NCBI GenBank assembly: GCA_043228905.1
Contig: JBHGNT010000065.1
Coordinates: 1-64,000, forward strand
Direction of reading: 5' to 3'
DNA: 64,000 nt
DNA from: Azolla caroliniana
Taxonomy: Eukaryota > Plantae > Polypodiophyta
The notes beneath the pieces are model-generated. The model was not told the origin of the DNA. It did not search any database and saw only the letters and a list, made by a program, of their open reading frames with translations. The translations under genes were made by a program, and so were the position numbers. This document shows, in pieces, positions 25,899-37,780 of the stretch. Position 1 is the stretch's first letter. Each line of letters starts with the position of its first letter.

Positions 25899-26084
25899 CT
25901 GCCAACACGACTTGTTTATGCCTATTAAAGAACCTTTTAATGCTAATTCACAGAAAACTATACGAAGCATACAAAATAACTAATATACGAAACGGAAGCG
26001 ACCGATGGAAATACGTCAGTTTCTTACTCATGTAAATAAACTATTTCTTAACAACGGCGACGACTTTTCCGGAGTCTTATTTCG
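25899..26084 (-). CDS. rps14: Ribosomal protein S14, exon 2 (stop requires CAG to UAG; exon 1 not found in window)
   Basis: ..RNS.FT*VRN*.I..GR.R.VY*LF.M.RIVF.ELA.KGSLIGINKSCW; begins at codon 39 by Marchantia numbering. Confidence 0.88.
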
Positions 26085-26420
26085 GTTTTGGTCGGCCAAT
26101 CAGGTTAGGAGTTCCCTGCCTGACCGCCAATTCAGAACCGCTCGTGACAGTTTCCCGTCATACGGCTCCCCGCATCCCATCAGGTGAGGGTTCCGGAATA
26201 CGAGCTCCCCTGCCCTCTTTTGATCGTGACGATGCCCATGCAGCCAGCAACTGCCGCAAATTGGCAGCTCATGCCTCCCGGACGACGACGTAGATGCGAT
26301 CCATCTGTGATGTCCACAGGCGGCCGGCCGGCGGAAAGAACACCTACGCCGTGGTTGGAGTTCTACTTCCTTGTCGTCGCTTTAGCCCTATCGGCTAGCT
26401 AGGGCCATTGCTCAGTTTGT
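26085..26420 (-). other. 3' part of group II intron rps14i114g2, with HNH-endonuclease remnant
   Basis: Domain V GAGCCGTATGACGGGAAACTGTCACGAGCGGTTC at about 26135-26168, AAAAC end, LHGHRHDQK upstream. Confidence 0.8.
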
Positions 26421-26430
26421 TTCCTCACGC

Positions 26431-26463
<33 letters not shown>

Positions 26464-27064
26464 ATAACTCCTAGACTCAAGTGAAAAACCGACCATCAGC
26501 GTATCTGATGAGAGAGGATTGAAACCTCGTATCTTCCCCATTTTCCCGCGTCTCGTGACTAATTCAAAAATTTCCTTGCATCAGCGTCGATTACGTACTC
26601 TGGCTTTCTTGTTGATAGATATGTGGATCACTCTGGTGGCGTCATGGCGGCGAGATCGACCCGAGCGAAAGTAGCTATTGGGTTCGAATCCCGCTTCTTT
26701 TCTTCCGCGGTTCGCCTTTAGGCCATGAGGGCGATCCGATCCCCAGTAGCAGGAGTCCTGAAAGGTCATGGAACTGGCCATACTTCCACTTTCACTCTCA
26801 CTTTCGCTTTTGCTTCTACTTTCAGAGGTATGTATATTCAGCAAATCGGATCAGATTGTCTATCCATGACAGAGCGAGTGCTACTCGTAGTTCAGGGGCA
26901 AGGTATTTTACGTTGCTTACTTTCCTTTTGGCCAATCTGCGCTCTTTATCTTCGAATGTTGAAGCATATTGGCTGCTCCCTTTCCCGTTTTTCCCGCTTA
27001 AATGAAGAGAGGCGGGACTCTCATTTAAGGGGGGTGACCTTAGGCCACCCTTTGAAATAACCAA

Positions 27065-27328
27065 TTGATAAAGAACGGAAAACAAGCAAAAGTCTTTGAT
27101 GGCAACTAATAGGAAGATTCTAGGGAGAATCGAGATCCGATTTCATATGACTTCATGGTGAACATGATCTGCCGGAATCTCTTCCATTCCCACGTGAATG
27201 TACCGAAATAACAGGAGATTGAACGAAATCAAAGTGAAAACATTGGTTATGAGAAGAATTAGGACTAAACGGGCTGCAGTACTTCTTTAAGTGAGCCAAT
27301 AATTTAAGGTTTCTCTACGAGCTTCCGT
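27065..27328 (-). CDS. sdh4: Succinate dehydrogenase subunit 4 (ACG start at 27328 or 27373; CAA stop via editing)
   Basis: RETLN.WL.*RSTAA ... [17 protein letters not shown]. Confidence 0.88.
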
Positions 27329-29523
27329 TGCTTCTGCATTAGAAATATTATTTGTTCATTCATTTTCGCTCGTTTTCACGCATGAGAAAGGGAAAAGAAT
27401 TGAGAAATTTAGGACATAAAGTGAAAATTGGAGCGGAGCCCGGAAATGATAGATTATTTCCCAGCAGAACAGAAGTGCTGGATTTATGACGAAAGTGCCA
27501 GTGAAGAGACGATACCACCTTTAGAGGAGATTCCATTGCACCCCTGAACTATGAGTAATCAATACATGACCCATTAGAATAATCAGATTCATGATACTCC
27601 TAATACTCTGCTGATGAGTAGTGCTTTTATTGATATACCTGGTGAACAGCAAGCAGCAGAATCCAGGCACTGATATGAAATGATGCAAGAAGAAGCCCAT
27701 GATTAATCGTAAAGAATTTTATACGGGTACGGGCACCCTTCTCACTCCGCTCTCCATCAATCTATCCTATCAGCATCAGCCTAAACCCCATCTGAACCTG
27801 GTCGCCCACACTTTTAACAAGTATAGGAAACCGGTAAGGCTGAAGACGGCAGTCCAAGCCAGGATACACCGACACGTGTGACATAAGTTCGTAACGGAAC
27901 ATTCTCCCGCACGTACCAGACGAGCGAAGGAGCGGAAGCTGAGAAAGAGCTTTGCGCTTTATCCCAGCATCTTCCTTGGGCCCCGCAGCAAGCAGTTACA
28001 AATTGAAAGGATATGGGTGAAACATCTACACCCAAGACGTCGTTAAGACTAGCGTTAAGACAGAACAAAAGAGAACTTATAACTAGCTATCTATAGATAG
28101 ATCGAACCGTAACCGACATCCCGAAAAAAACAGACCGTAACTACGTTACCGCGCGCGTCGGGGCGGGCTTTAAGCATCTGTCTGCGACGTCTCGGTTAAT
28201 CGTTTTGGTTCTATCCACCTATCTTCGGTTACCACTAGCTAGTTATAAGCTCTCTTTTGTTTTGTGAGATGTAGCCTCTCAAGCCAAGCAAGGTATCCCT
28301 TCTCAGAATTACAAGGCCTGAGAGGTACGTATCCCTCAAAGATACGTGCCCAGCCAGCGCAAAACTGCACTTCTTGCGCTAATTTGCTGCTTTTTTTAAG
28401 CATCAATTCTTTCCCCGCTGTAAACATTTATAGCTCAGAAGGCGGATTTTTAGCTTAGCTCGGATTAAAACCATACCGCCGCTGTTAACACACGGTTGGG
28501 CTTCATCTTCCCGCTAACGCACGGTTGGTGGGGGTTTAGCCCTCCGCATAAAAAAGATGCGTTGCCGTACGCTGTTTCTCTGCTTGCTTTGCTCAGCTCT
28601 CATTGTTTAGCTCTTTCTTCGTTTGCCACCTTAAAGCAGTGGACGGGTTGTTTTTCAACCTTACGCAAATCTTTGTTTTTTTTTTGGCGGCCTGCTTCGA
28701 CTTTTAAGGTCTCTTCATTATGCCCTTCTTTCGTAGCGGCCTGTGCTACGCGTTCTTGTACCCAAAAAGAAAAGAGCGATCGCCCGCCGCTTCGGAAAAA
28801 TACAGATAAAGAGCGGTAGCAATGAACTGGAATTTGCAGAGAGGTTTGAGAAACAGCGTACGGATGCATCAACTTTAAACGGGCAAGGTTGAAACAACCT
28901 TAAAGCAGCTTGCTTGCCTGCTTGCTGTACCACAGCAGAGTCGCAGTTGCTTGCTTGCTTGCTTGCTTGCGGGTAATATAGATTTATTTTGCCCGTAATG
29001 TTTAAATTAACCTAATAATCTGCCGTTTGACACGGCCGGCGCGGCGGGTCAACTATCGTTTTTGGTCTGATCGTTGATTTAGCGGAAATGAAACGATTCT
29101 TTTTTTCGCCCTTCATGCTGAATCCGCGTGTTTACTACGAATGCAGATGCTTGTTAAAAGCAGCAGCTGCTTTCTGTGGGTTTGAACCTCTTGCTTGCTT
29201 GCTTACTTGTAAAAGGTCTGATGGTTGAAAACAGCAGCTGCAAAGCTAAGGTTTTAATTTAAAGCAGCCTACGCCACCTCTTTTTTCATGTCACCTTGTT
29301 GTTGAGTATAGAAAAAGAAATAAAATGGGCGACACACTATGAACATTCGGGTATTGGCCCCCGATATCTATGAAAGTTAGTGCGGAGACTGAACCAGTAC
29401 CCTTGGAAGAAGTTATGGTGGAGACCGGAAAGAATGAGGCTTTGGCAGCAGCCTTTCCTTTCCTTTCCTTTCCTTTCCTTTCCTTTCCTTTCCTTTCCTT
29501 TGGCAGCAAGACTTTGTATTTGT

Positions 29524-30132
29524 TTATTCTCGCGCGCGTATCTTTCCGATGGTCTTCCGAAAATCTATAGCATTCTGCTGGAACACATCCTGTCTCTTGA
29601 CCTTAGCAGTTTTATGCATAGTTGGTACTATAGCCCCGATCATGGCTACTAATAAAATCAGACTAGACACCGGGAACAAAACCAGATAGTTGGTATAAAG
29701 TAAATTGCCTGATGTTTCCAAATTAGTCCAACTTTATATTCTTTCAGCATAAACCGTATATCTCAGATAGGTTGTATTCAAATTGGTTGGTAGTATTGGA
29801 ATGTAATCATTGTCTAGAATGACAAAGATTTCCAACCAGGAAATCAGTCCAATAGTACCACCTACTGATAAATAGCGCAATATATTCTCGTGGATTTCCG
29901 CTATTTTGATATCTGGCATCATCACTACAAATGGAAGTGACACAGCAATCGCGCCTGTATAAACCACTAAGAGGATCATAGCAGAGAAGTCGGGACCTGA
30001 CAAGAGAGGTAAACCTAAAGTGTTGCAGAAAACGAGGATGAAAAAGAGAACGGAATGGACGGAGTTTTTAGCACGTATGACCGTAACAGCAGAGACTAAA
30101 GCCATGCCCGGAAAAACATCAAGGAGTAGCAT
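29524..30132 (-). CDS. nad6: NADH dehydrogenase subunit 6
   Basis: VIRAKN.VHSVLFFILVFCN ... GNLLYTNY ... LVAMIGAIV. Confidence 0.95.
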
Positions 30133-30607
30133 GGTTTTATTGTTCCTTTCTCTCATTCTGTATTAGTGGCAGTTTGTCCCGACCCCATCTTGGCAATGAC
30201 GAGATGTGGAAGCTCCTAGTGCACCTGGTATTCTTCACTACAAAATACAAGAGGGAACCCACCCGTGCACCCACAAAAAATAGAATTGTGGAAAGCAGAA
30301 GATGACGATGAAGATAATTACATTCTGGAAACAAACGAGAAGCCGACGTCTAATATGGAAACTTCTAGTGCTACAGAAAAAGAACAGGCTAAAAGTCTTA
30401 TTTTTAATGTCCTCTCGATTCTCTCTACGGGACGAATATGGCATTATTGGACAGTTCATGAGGACTGAAGGATAGTTCATGGGGACTGACATGACGGGAA
30501 GTATAGCAAGCTACATCCTCATTTATATGGAAGAGAAATCGAAACACTTTGTGTTATTTTCAAAGAAGATATAGAGGGGAGGGATCGGACCTTCCCCCAG
30601 TGTTGGT

Positions 30608-30754
30608 TCGTATTGAAGAGTTCTATAGGAAGAAACTACGAACTATGAAAATGAGATACAATCAACTGTCCACCCAGAAAAGTAGAAAATCCCACGTACC
30701 GAAAGAGGTCACGAATATGGTTAATCCAAGTAACATAACGAAAGCATAATGATA
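30608..30754 (-). CDS. nad5: NADH dehydrogenase subunit 5, last exon (stop is TAG at 30623 or edited CGA at 30608)
   Basis: [14 protein letters not shown]. Confidence 0.88.
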
Positions 30755-30819
30755 GTAGGGTCAAGGTCACCCTGCCCTCCGAACCGGACGTGAAGGTCTC
30801 CCCTCATCCGGCTCTCTGC

Positions 30820-30855
<36 letters not shown>

Positions 30856-31324
30856 CTTTCGAGGTAGTCCCCATCACTGCTTCCCCTAATATCCGCCACA
30901 TACCGTATAGGGGTTTACAGGAGATCCCAGAGCCGGCACTAGTAGTCGTTATGTATGGCTCTTGCCGAGATCGTTATTTTCCCGTGCTCTAGCTATTTTG
31001 CTCCCTAGACTGTTAACCGTACATGTAGTTATGGCGGCGTAGCTATTCTCGAGGAAGGGCGGCAGAGGGCTGTGATTTTCCCTGCTTTAGCGAAACCTGG
31101 CATACCGCGACCTTCGTTAGATACGCCCACCATGCCTTTATTCATTTCGACATGCCGCCTTGTGGACAAAAGGCCCGGGACTCATTAACTCACGTTCTTG
31201 CTAGCACTACACCAACTCCGGTCTTTACGCCGCCCTTACTGTCCTTCTTGGGCTCGTAGAGTCGAGTTTACCGTTTACCCACCACGGAGCTTAGGGCCAA
31301 CGGGTCGTGACGTACTCTTCGCAC
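30755..31324 (-). other. Group II intron nad5i1872g2
   Basis: GTGCG start, domain V at about 30781-30814, CCCTAC end. Confidence 0.92.
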
Positions 31325-31741
31325 AACAAATCCACTTTAAAGTTAACTTATTTGCTTGGCCAATTTCCGGAATGTGTACGAAATCCCGTAAGGACCTGAG
31401 ATCTCAATAGCACCCTTGTCTAAGGCTTTAAATGAGACTTCGTATCCGAAATGCAAAAACGATCTCACTAGAAAGTCATTGAAAACTTTGTCAAAGAACC
31501 GGCGCTTATTCAGAAAGCAATAAAGTCCATTACCGAAAGTACTGGTTCCGAAAGCGAAAAGGAATTCGTTCGCGAAAAGATTTACATTATACGCCGTAAA
31601 AGCCCCTAAGATGCTAAACGTAATAGGTACTGGTTTGATTGTGATTGGAGTAGCAAACTCAGATTCGGCAAGAATCTCATTTTTGGGTAGCATTGAAAGG
31701 GAATTGGCCCGAAAATTGGTGCCTAAACCAATCATCATATC
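31325..31741 (-). CDS. nad5: NADH dehydrogenase subunit 5, exon 4 (417 nt; nad5i1477g2 absent)
   Basis: [13 protein letters not shown] is contiguous; continues to [16 protein letters not shown]. Confidence 0.95.
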
Positions 31742-33711
31742 GGTACCTAAGCCGCTCCATTGCTGCTGGAAAGGCTCGGCTTCAAAACCGTACGTGAAGC
31801 TTCCGCCTCATACGGCTTCTCCCAGGATCGAAGATTTTTGTTGGCTTTACAGGTTCGAAGAATTCTTTTCGGTATGGCAGTGCCTGTGTAGGAGTTAAGG
31901 TTGCTGCACATGAACACCCCTCGTCAAGTCTTTGTTTCTTCAAACGATTCTATATGGATATGTAAGGCAATCTCTAGATATATGTATACTTAGATATAGA
32001 TTACCTAAACAATGGCACGTTTGGGCTGGGGCCACTTTGGCCTCTGGCCTTTGTTTGTAAAGCTTTTTCTTTGTTGTTTGTAGTTTTGTTGATTCCGGAG
32101 AAGAAAAAAACGCTTTACGTTTTATTGGGCTTCTGTCCCACCTCTATGTACTCTTAGCCAGCCATTCAACTATTCGGTCTGGCTAGGTTAGATTCCTTTT
32201 CAACTAGAAAAAGAAAGTAAAAAGAAAGAAGGGTTATATAGCTTTTCCCAGCTTTTATAGCCCCAACAGAGGGCGGGCCAAAGGCCCTACGAGTCTCCCC
32301 GTTGTCGAGTATTCTTTATTGGAAGTCACTTTTTTGTTTGTTGGCTTTACGAGCAAGCAAGCAAGCAAGCAAGCAAGCAAAGGAACCTTCAGGGCCCTCT
32401 CCGGTTCCCCTGGGGTGGGGAACCTTTCCTTATGTGATGTGTTCTCAGGGACGGGACGGGACGGGACGGGACGGGACGGGACGGGACGGGACTCGCGTTC
32501 CCATTGAATCTTCATTCGTGTGGTCAACTTCGCTAAAGGGTTCACCTCACCCCCACTTGTTAGTTTAGTGGTTGGCTTTACGAATGAAGGCTGAAGGCGG
32601 TTCATCATGAAGGCGCGCGCGCGCGCCGGTTCATCATGAAGGCGCTCAGCGGTCGCTTTCCTCTTTCTCGGCTGCTTTGGTATCCATATTTAACAAATGA
32701 GTGCTGTAGCCCTTCCACCCAACAGAAGACCTCCTCCTGCCCGCCGTCTCTATCCCGGCCCTAAGGTCACCACTCACCCTATTGTCGAGGTCTTCCCTTC
32801 CCTTCCCTTCCCTTCCCTTCCCTTCCCTTCCCTTCCCTTCCCCGGGGTGTTTGTTTTTCCCTCGGTTACCCTGTGTGACTTGTCTTACTAGAGTCTTGCG
32901 TGTATATCTTGTATGAGTCGCCTAGATTGGAGAGCACGCATCTTGCCCATATCGTTCATTGGGGCAATAAGCTTGTTGGTAAATTCCGGTCTACAACTGC
33001 CTTAGTCTTAGGCTACCACCGGGGCGGGGATTTGTTCCCACCAAGGTATTGTTTAGGTATTATCTATGTAGAACTTACTTACAATCCATTTCCCTTTCCA
33101 TTGACCATCGAGATCCTAAGTCTCCAAGTGGGCATATCCCTAGCCTTTATTCGTCAGGGCCTTCGCTTTTCGGAGAATCCTGCTCCCGTAGAGCTTGTAG
33201 CTCGGCGGCCCACCACAAGGGAACCCTATCGGGATACTCCAGTTTCGAGTGTATTGGATAGTTATAGCGGCCCGTAGGCGCAAGATGTACCTCGTGGGGC
33301 GGTCTCCCGGACATAGTCTTTTCATGCAGTGGCCGTTTCTTAGTCCATAGTCCATTGGATGTTCGGTGCAAGGCCAGAAACTGACACTGCTTGTACCCTT
33401 CGTTCTTGCCCTTTGCTCACTGGGCCTGTCCCTCAGTGTGGTCAGTACTGGATACTGTCGGGCGGCAAAGCTTACACTTGTTCACTCATGAAGGTTCGCC
33501 GGGGCCTCTTTCCTCCCTTCTTTTTTGCTTACTCGTGATTCAGAGGCTGCCAGACCTCCTACAAAGAGAAGAGAGTCGACTGAACATCTCAGCCATTGGC
33601 GGGAGTTTCGCTCGCATCCAATCCTCAATTATTGTTCACCTTGCTTAGATCGTGCTGGGTGAGCAACAGCCGCTTCGTCACGGGACTGACTTATGGGCTA
33701 ACAGGTCACAC
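31742..33711 (-). other. Group II intron nad5i1455g2 (cis)
   Basis: GTGTG start, domain V at about 31785-31818, LLHRHCH endonuclease remnant near 31870-31900. Confidence 0.9.
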
Positions 33712-33924
33712 TTTGGCCAAGTATCCTACGAAAATGCTTCCGAAAGCCAGGAGGATTAAAGGGATGGCCATAAGAATGGGCGCATCATGGCATCGTAAGA
33801 TGTCTCGCTTGAATGAATTAGTTGATGCTGAAAATGTTAGGAAAGGTAAACGAGAAGAGTGATAGGGAGTGAAGAAGACAGAGACGCTTCCCGACCGGAA
33901 AACAAAGTTACCACTAATGGTATA
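33712..33924 (-). CDS. nad5: NADH dehydrogenase subunit 5, exon 3 (213 nt)
   Basis: YTISGNF ... [27 protein letters not shown]. Confidence 0.95.
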
Positions 33925-34850
33925 ATCGGGATGGATAGGCTCTTTCAAGCAAGCTTTTCCCCCTCAAAGAACCGCACGTGCAAGTTTCCTCGCATACGGC
34001 TCAAGCGGCGAAGAAGAGTGACGGCTGGGCCGGCCTCAGCAGGTCACCGATGGGCCCACGTAGTGTTCTGCTATCACTCCGCCGCAAGTTGCGTATTTGC
34101 TCGTTTCCAATTTGCTCTCCCCAGTTGGTTTGTAATATTCTTCTCTCCTTTTCTTTTGGGGCACGCACGAAAGTCAAATTTTTTCCCTTCCCTCGTCGCA
34201 ACTTCGTCGTGATTGACTCATATTCACTTAGTACCGCTCGCGGTCCCGGCCGCTTCTACTCCCATGTGGTCAATAGAAGTGGCCCGGTAACAGCGTTTCG
34301 TCATCCAGGATTCGAGTCAGCACACTGGGTCGGCAAATTGTCGCCTATCTTACCTTTGTTTGAGGGTGAGCCAAAGCTTTTCGGATCGTCTTCTGTCCAC
34401 TGGACGGTATCTGATCCTACGACCAGACCTCCCGAGGGGAGCCCATTGGGTTTACCTTGTCGACATGTTGACTTTATTACAAGAAAAAGCGATCCTGTGC
34501 TATACTCCGGTGATCATTTGCCGATCGGGGCACGCAACCAAACGTCGTGTCCTAAATCACATCCCTACAGGGGCCTACTCAATTACAGCTCATAGGTGCT
34601 AGGTCGCTTTTACGAAGCGTCGTCGCACAGTTCACTGCTGCCTGCTGTGGTTGATCAAAAAGAATAGTCTCGCTTCTCTTAGCGGGTTCTATGTTGTATT
34701 GTATATTCTCCGCTTCCATGCTTCACACCCTCCCCAAAAGAACGCATGGTGGGGTAAGAGCCTCCCGCCAGGCTGGGATGGCGATATAGCCCCTTTCTCT
34801 TACTCTTATAGGAGGGCTATACACATTGTCTCATGTCCTTCAAGTCGCAC
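33925..34850 (-). other. Group II intron nad5i1242g2
   Basis: GTGCG start exactly 1242 nt into the CDS, domain V at about 33969-34002, CCCGAT end. Confidence 0.92.
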
Positions 34851-35862
34851 TTTGGTATAAGCAGGCTCCGAAATCGCATCTTTAGAATAAAATCCGGTCA
34901 AGAAAGGGAATCCAATTAAGAATAAGCTGCCTATAAGCATCATGGCATAAGTGGAGGGTAACAGAGAAGCGAGCCCTCCCATTCTACGCATATCTTGCTC
35001 ATCCGACATGGCATGAATTACTAAACCTGCGCTCGAAGGGGGTAATACTTTAAAAAAAGCGTAATTCGTTAAATAAAATACGCTAACTGAATAATCAAGA
35101 ATGCCGCGAGCAAAGATCGTATAGCCTGATTGACTACGAATTAGATAAGCTACGACCCTCTTTAAATCATTTTACAACATTCCAGTAGTTACCGCGAAGA
35201 ATAACGTCATAGCTCCCACAAAAGTAATAACAATCAAAGCATTGAGTAAATACTCGAATAAGGGGGAGCACCTCGCTATCATAAATACGCCTGCTATTAC
35301 CGTAATAGCTGCGTAAATCAAAGCGGATACTGGAGTGAGACCCTCCGTTACGTCAGGTAACCGAGTATGCAATCCCATTTATGCAAATTTTCCAATAGCG
35401 CCGACAAGGGGTGAGATACGAATAACAATTGTGGCATAAAATCCCGTATTACGAGAAAGAAAATAGTGATTGGGTTCAGAGAAAACACTAGCACAAGCGA
35501 AAGTAGTAGGAGAGTCTACTACTTAAGAGGGAGTGGAACGACCAATAATCCCGAGGGCTGATCCGGAATCACCTACTCAATTGACAAGCATAGCTTTGAT
35601 AGCTGCTTTATTAGCTTAAAGTCATGCGAACCGAAAATTAATCGACAAATATAAAACGGGACCTGCTCCCTCCCGTCCTGGAAGTAATTAAATGAAGTTA
35701 TCTCCAATAACCAACATTAGCGTAAAAGAGGTAGAGATGGGTGAATAACACATGAATCAGGGGCTATGCGGATCCTCGGACATATATGAAATGAGATAGA
35801 GATAAACCAAGCTACTGACGAATGTCACCACAATTGACATAACTACAGTCGGACTATCGAAC
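34851..35862 (-). CDS. nad5: NADH dehydrogenase subunit 5, exon 2 (1012 nt)
   Basis: FDS.TVVM ... [13 protein letters not shown] ... [12 protein letters not shown]. Confidence 0.95.
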
Positions 35863-36715
35863 ACCGGGTCGGAAGTTACTTCACCGGGCCTTTCCCTCTG
35901 CAAATCAAGCGAGCTTGTTTTTTATCCGTACCACAACGCGTTCGCCCGAGTGGCATAATCAAGTGCTCTCCGAACCGTGTAAGATGGTCGCCCATCACAC
36001 GGCTCACCAACTTGGGATTACGGTTAGTAGAGGGATAACTTCTTCTTCTTCCGTGTGTCCAGGAAGAACAGGAAGGTCCCACCCGCGTCTCATTCGAGTG
36101 TACGGCATCTGCCAACTTAGGCCCCTTCCCTTCTGTTGATTCAAGCGGCGCTTCCCGGTTGGTTGTTTTTGCCGATCGAAGAGGCGGGTACTGTGGGCCC
36201 TCTGCCCCACGCATTTAACCAGCAGCTGGCGAATGTATGGTTCACCGGTTCCACCGAATACTCTCACTTGTTGAAGCACAGTGCGCTTGCCAATGGTGTG
36301 TGTGCTGTCCTTATCGGACTCAGGCCTTTCCTTGTCCAGGCATCTGCGCCCTCTTGCTGCGCATGTGCGAGGGATGCGCCTTATCCATAGCCTGTATTGC
36401 GGCCGGCGTGGAGGTGTACATATACTTTGTATATGGGACCTCGCCTGACGCTAGCCGGGATCCCTTCTCCACCGATCTGTAGTTCGTGATCCGTAAGCCT
36501 CACCTGTGTCTTGGAGACACGGTCGGGAGCCGCCAAGGGAGGGCGGGCAGTTTTCGGCGGGCGGAGTCCAGTAGGCCCCTTTCTCGACATGCTATGAGGC
36601 TCTAGGGGAGGAAATTATCCCATAGAGTGAGTCGAGCCCGTCTCGCCACGGAGCAACAGCAGCGTCCGGATAATCTATCTATCCGGCAATTCATCCGGTG
36701 GCTTCGCGGTCGCCA
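35863..36715 (-). other. Group II intron nad5i230g2
   Basis: Position 230, domain V at about 35972-36005; unusual termini TGGCG...CCGGT. Confidence 0.88.
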
Positions 36716-36945
36716 AGGAAGCCCCGGGAAGCATCGAACATCTCCAAGGAAATCCATGGAGCAATCTTTATATAGCAAGCACTGGCTCCCAGTGCGACTT
36801 CATGAAAGACGGTCAGGAATAAAATGAAAAAGAATGAAACGCACGTGATGGTTACTATAGCGGTTCCTTTCGACCCTGGAAAACGACCAGAAGCACCTGC
36901 TACAAAGCTACCAGGCAAGGACAACGATACTATTGGTAAATACGT
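36716..36945 (-). CDS. nad5: NADH dehydrogenase subunit 5, exon 1 (ACG start, 230 nt)
   Basis: (M)YL.IV.L.L.GS.VAG..GRF.GSKG ... [17 protein letters not shown]. Confidence 0.95.
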
Positions 36946-37526
36946 ACTCAATGAATCCTTTCTTTCTTGTTTTTGGTATTCATGGCAGTTTGTCCAGAAT
37001 GGAAACGCAAAGCGTTTTTTCTTTTACAGAATGCGCACTTATATACAAAATTCTTTCACGTTGAACCGATAACTCGACCCTGCCGGTTACTAGAAATACT
37101 ACCGCATCCCGCCAAAGGCCCGGAAACCCGCAAAGCTCCTAAGCCCGTAAAGGCGGCATTAGGTAAAGGGAGTTCGCGCTAGTTGGTATCAAGTCCCGGT
37201 CCGCAGGGTAGCCTTAAGGGCAAGGGCGGGAATGGTTTCCTTTGGTTCCCCGCGCGCGATTGATTGATTGATTGTTGGATCCTCTTATATTGCTAATGGT
37301 GGTATCCCGAATGAATTCGGAACAAAACATATCGTCAGAAACTACCTAGCGACCTGGTTCCTGACTACGACAAGTCCTGGATATTAGTAAATGATGACCA
37401 GCTTCTTTTTTTCTAACAATAAGAAATTGGCGGACTAGTAACTAGTCTTGGCCAACAACCTAGCACGCACGATGAAAGCCCGCGGAGAACAATTTTTTAG
37501 TAATAGAAACAGCAGTGGCTATTTTG

Positions 37527-37610
37527 GCTCACGTAGCTCAAAGGATAGAGCATTCCTATGTACCACCCGGGTTGGCGGGAAACTAGCCGGTTCGAGTCCG
37601 GTCGTGGGCT
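37527..37610 (+). ncRNA. tRNA-like element with a 19-nt anticodon loop (pseudo-tRNA or t-element)
   Basis: Acceptor GCTCACG/CGTGGGC, D arm GCTCAAAGGATAGAGC and T arm GCCGGTTCGAGTCCGGT are intact; the anticodon loop is oversized. Confidence 0.7.
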
Positions 37611-37640
37611 GGTGGGAGGAACAAGCAAGAATGGTTCAAT

Positions 37641-37780
37641 ACGGCGTCTAACAGGCAAATCAAGAATTTCACTTCGAATCCTGGACTTTAGCACCTTGCT
37701 GTTTATGGTGTTTCATGATCAGTATCGGAAACGAATGGAGAAGCGGTAGAACGTGCGGAACCGCATATTGGATTATTCTA
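37641..37780 (+). CDS. nad7: NADH dehydrogenase subunit 7, exon 1 (ACG start, 140 nt)
   Basis: (M)ASNRQIKNFT.N.G.*H.A..GV.*.V.E.NGE.VERAEPHIGL, followed by GTGCG. Confidence 0.95.

Larger units (their letters stand above)
24743..26049. repeat. Large repeat, copy B (inverted relative to A and C); contains trnC and most of rps14 exon 2
   Basis: Reverse complement of 8412-9269 and of 42774-43879. Confidence 0.95.

Noticed and set aside
26640-26705. tRNA-like GGGTTCGAATCCC arm
   Set aside because: T arm only; no complete cloverleaf.
30140-30540. Possible gene or sdh3 remnant between nad5 and nad6
   Set aside because: Only a few residues of resemblance, and an intact sdh3 exists at 15148-15543.
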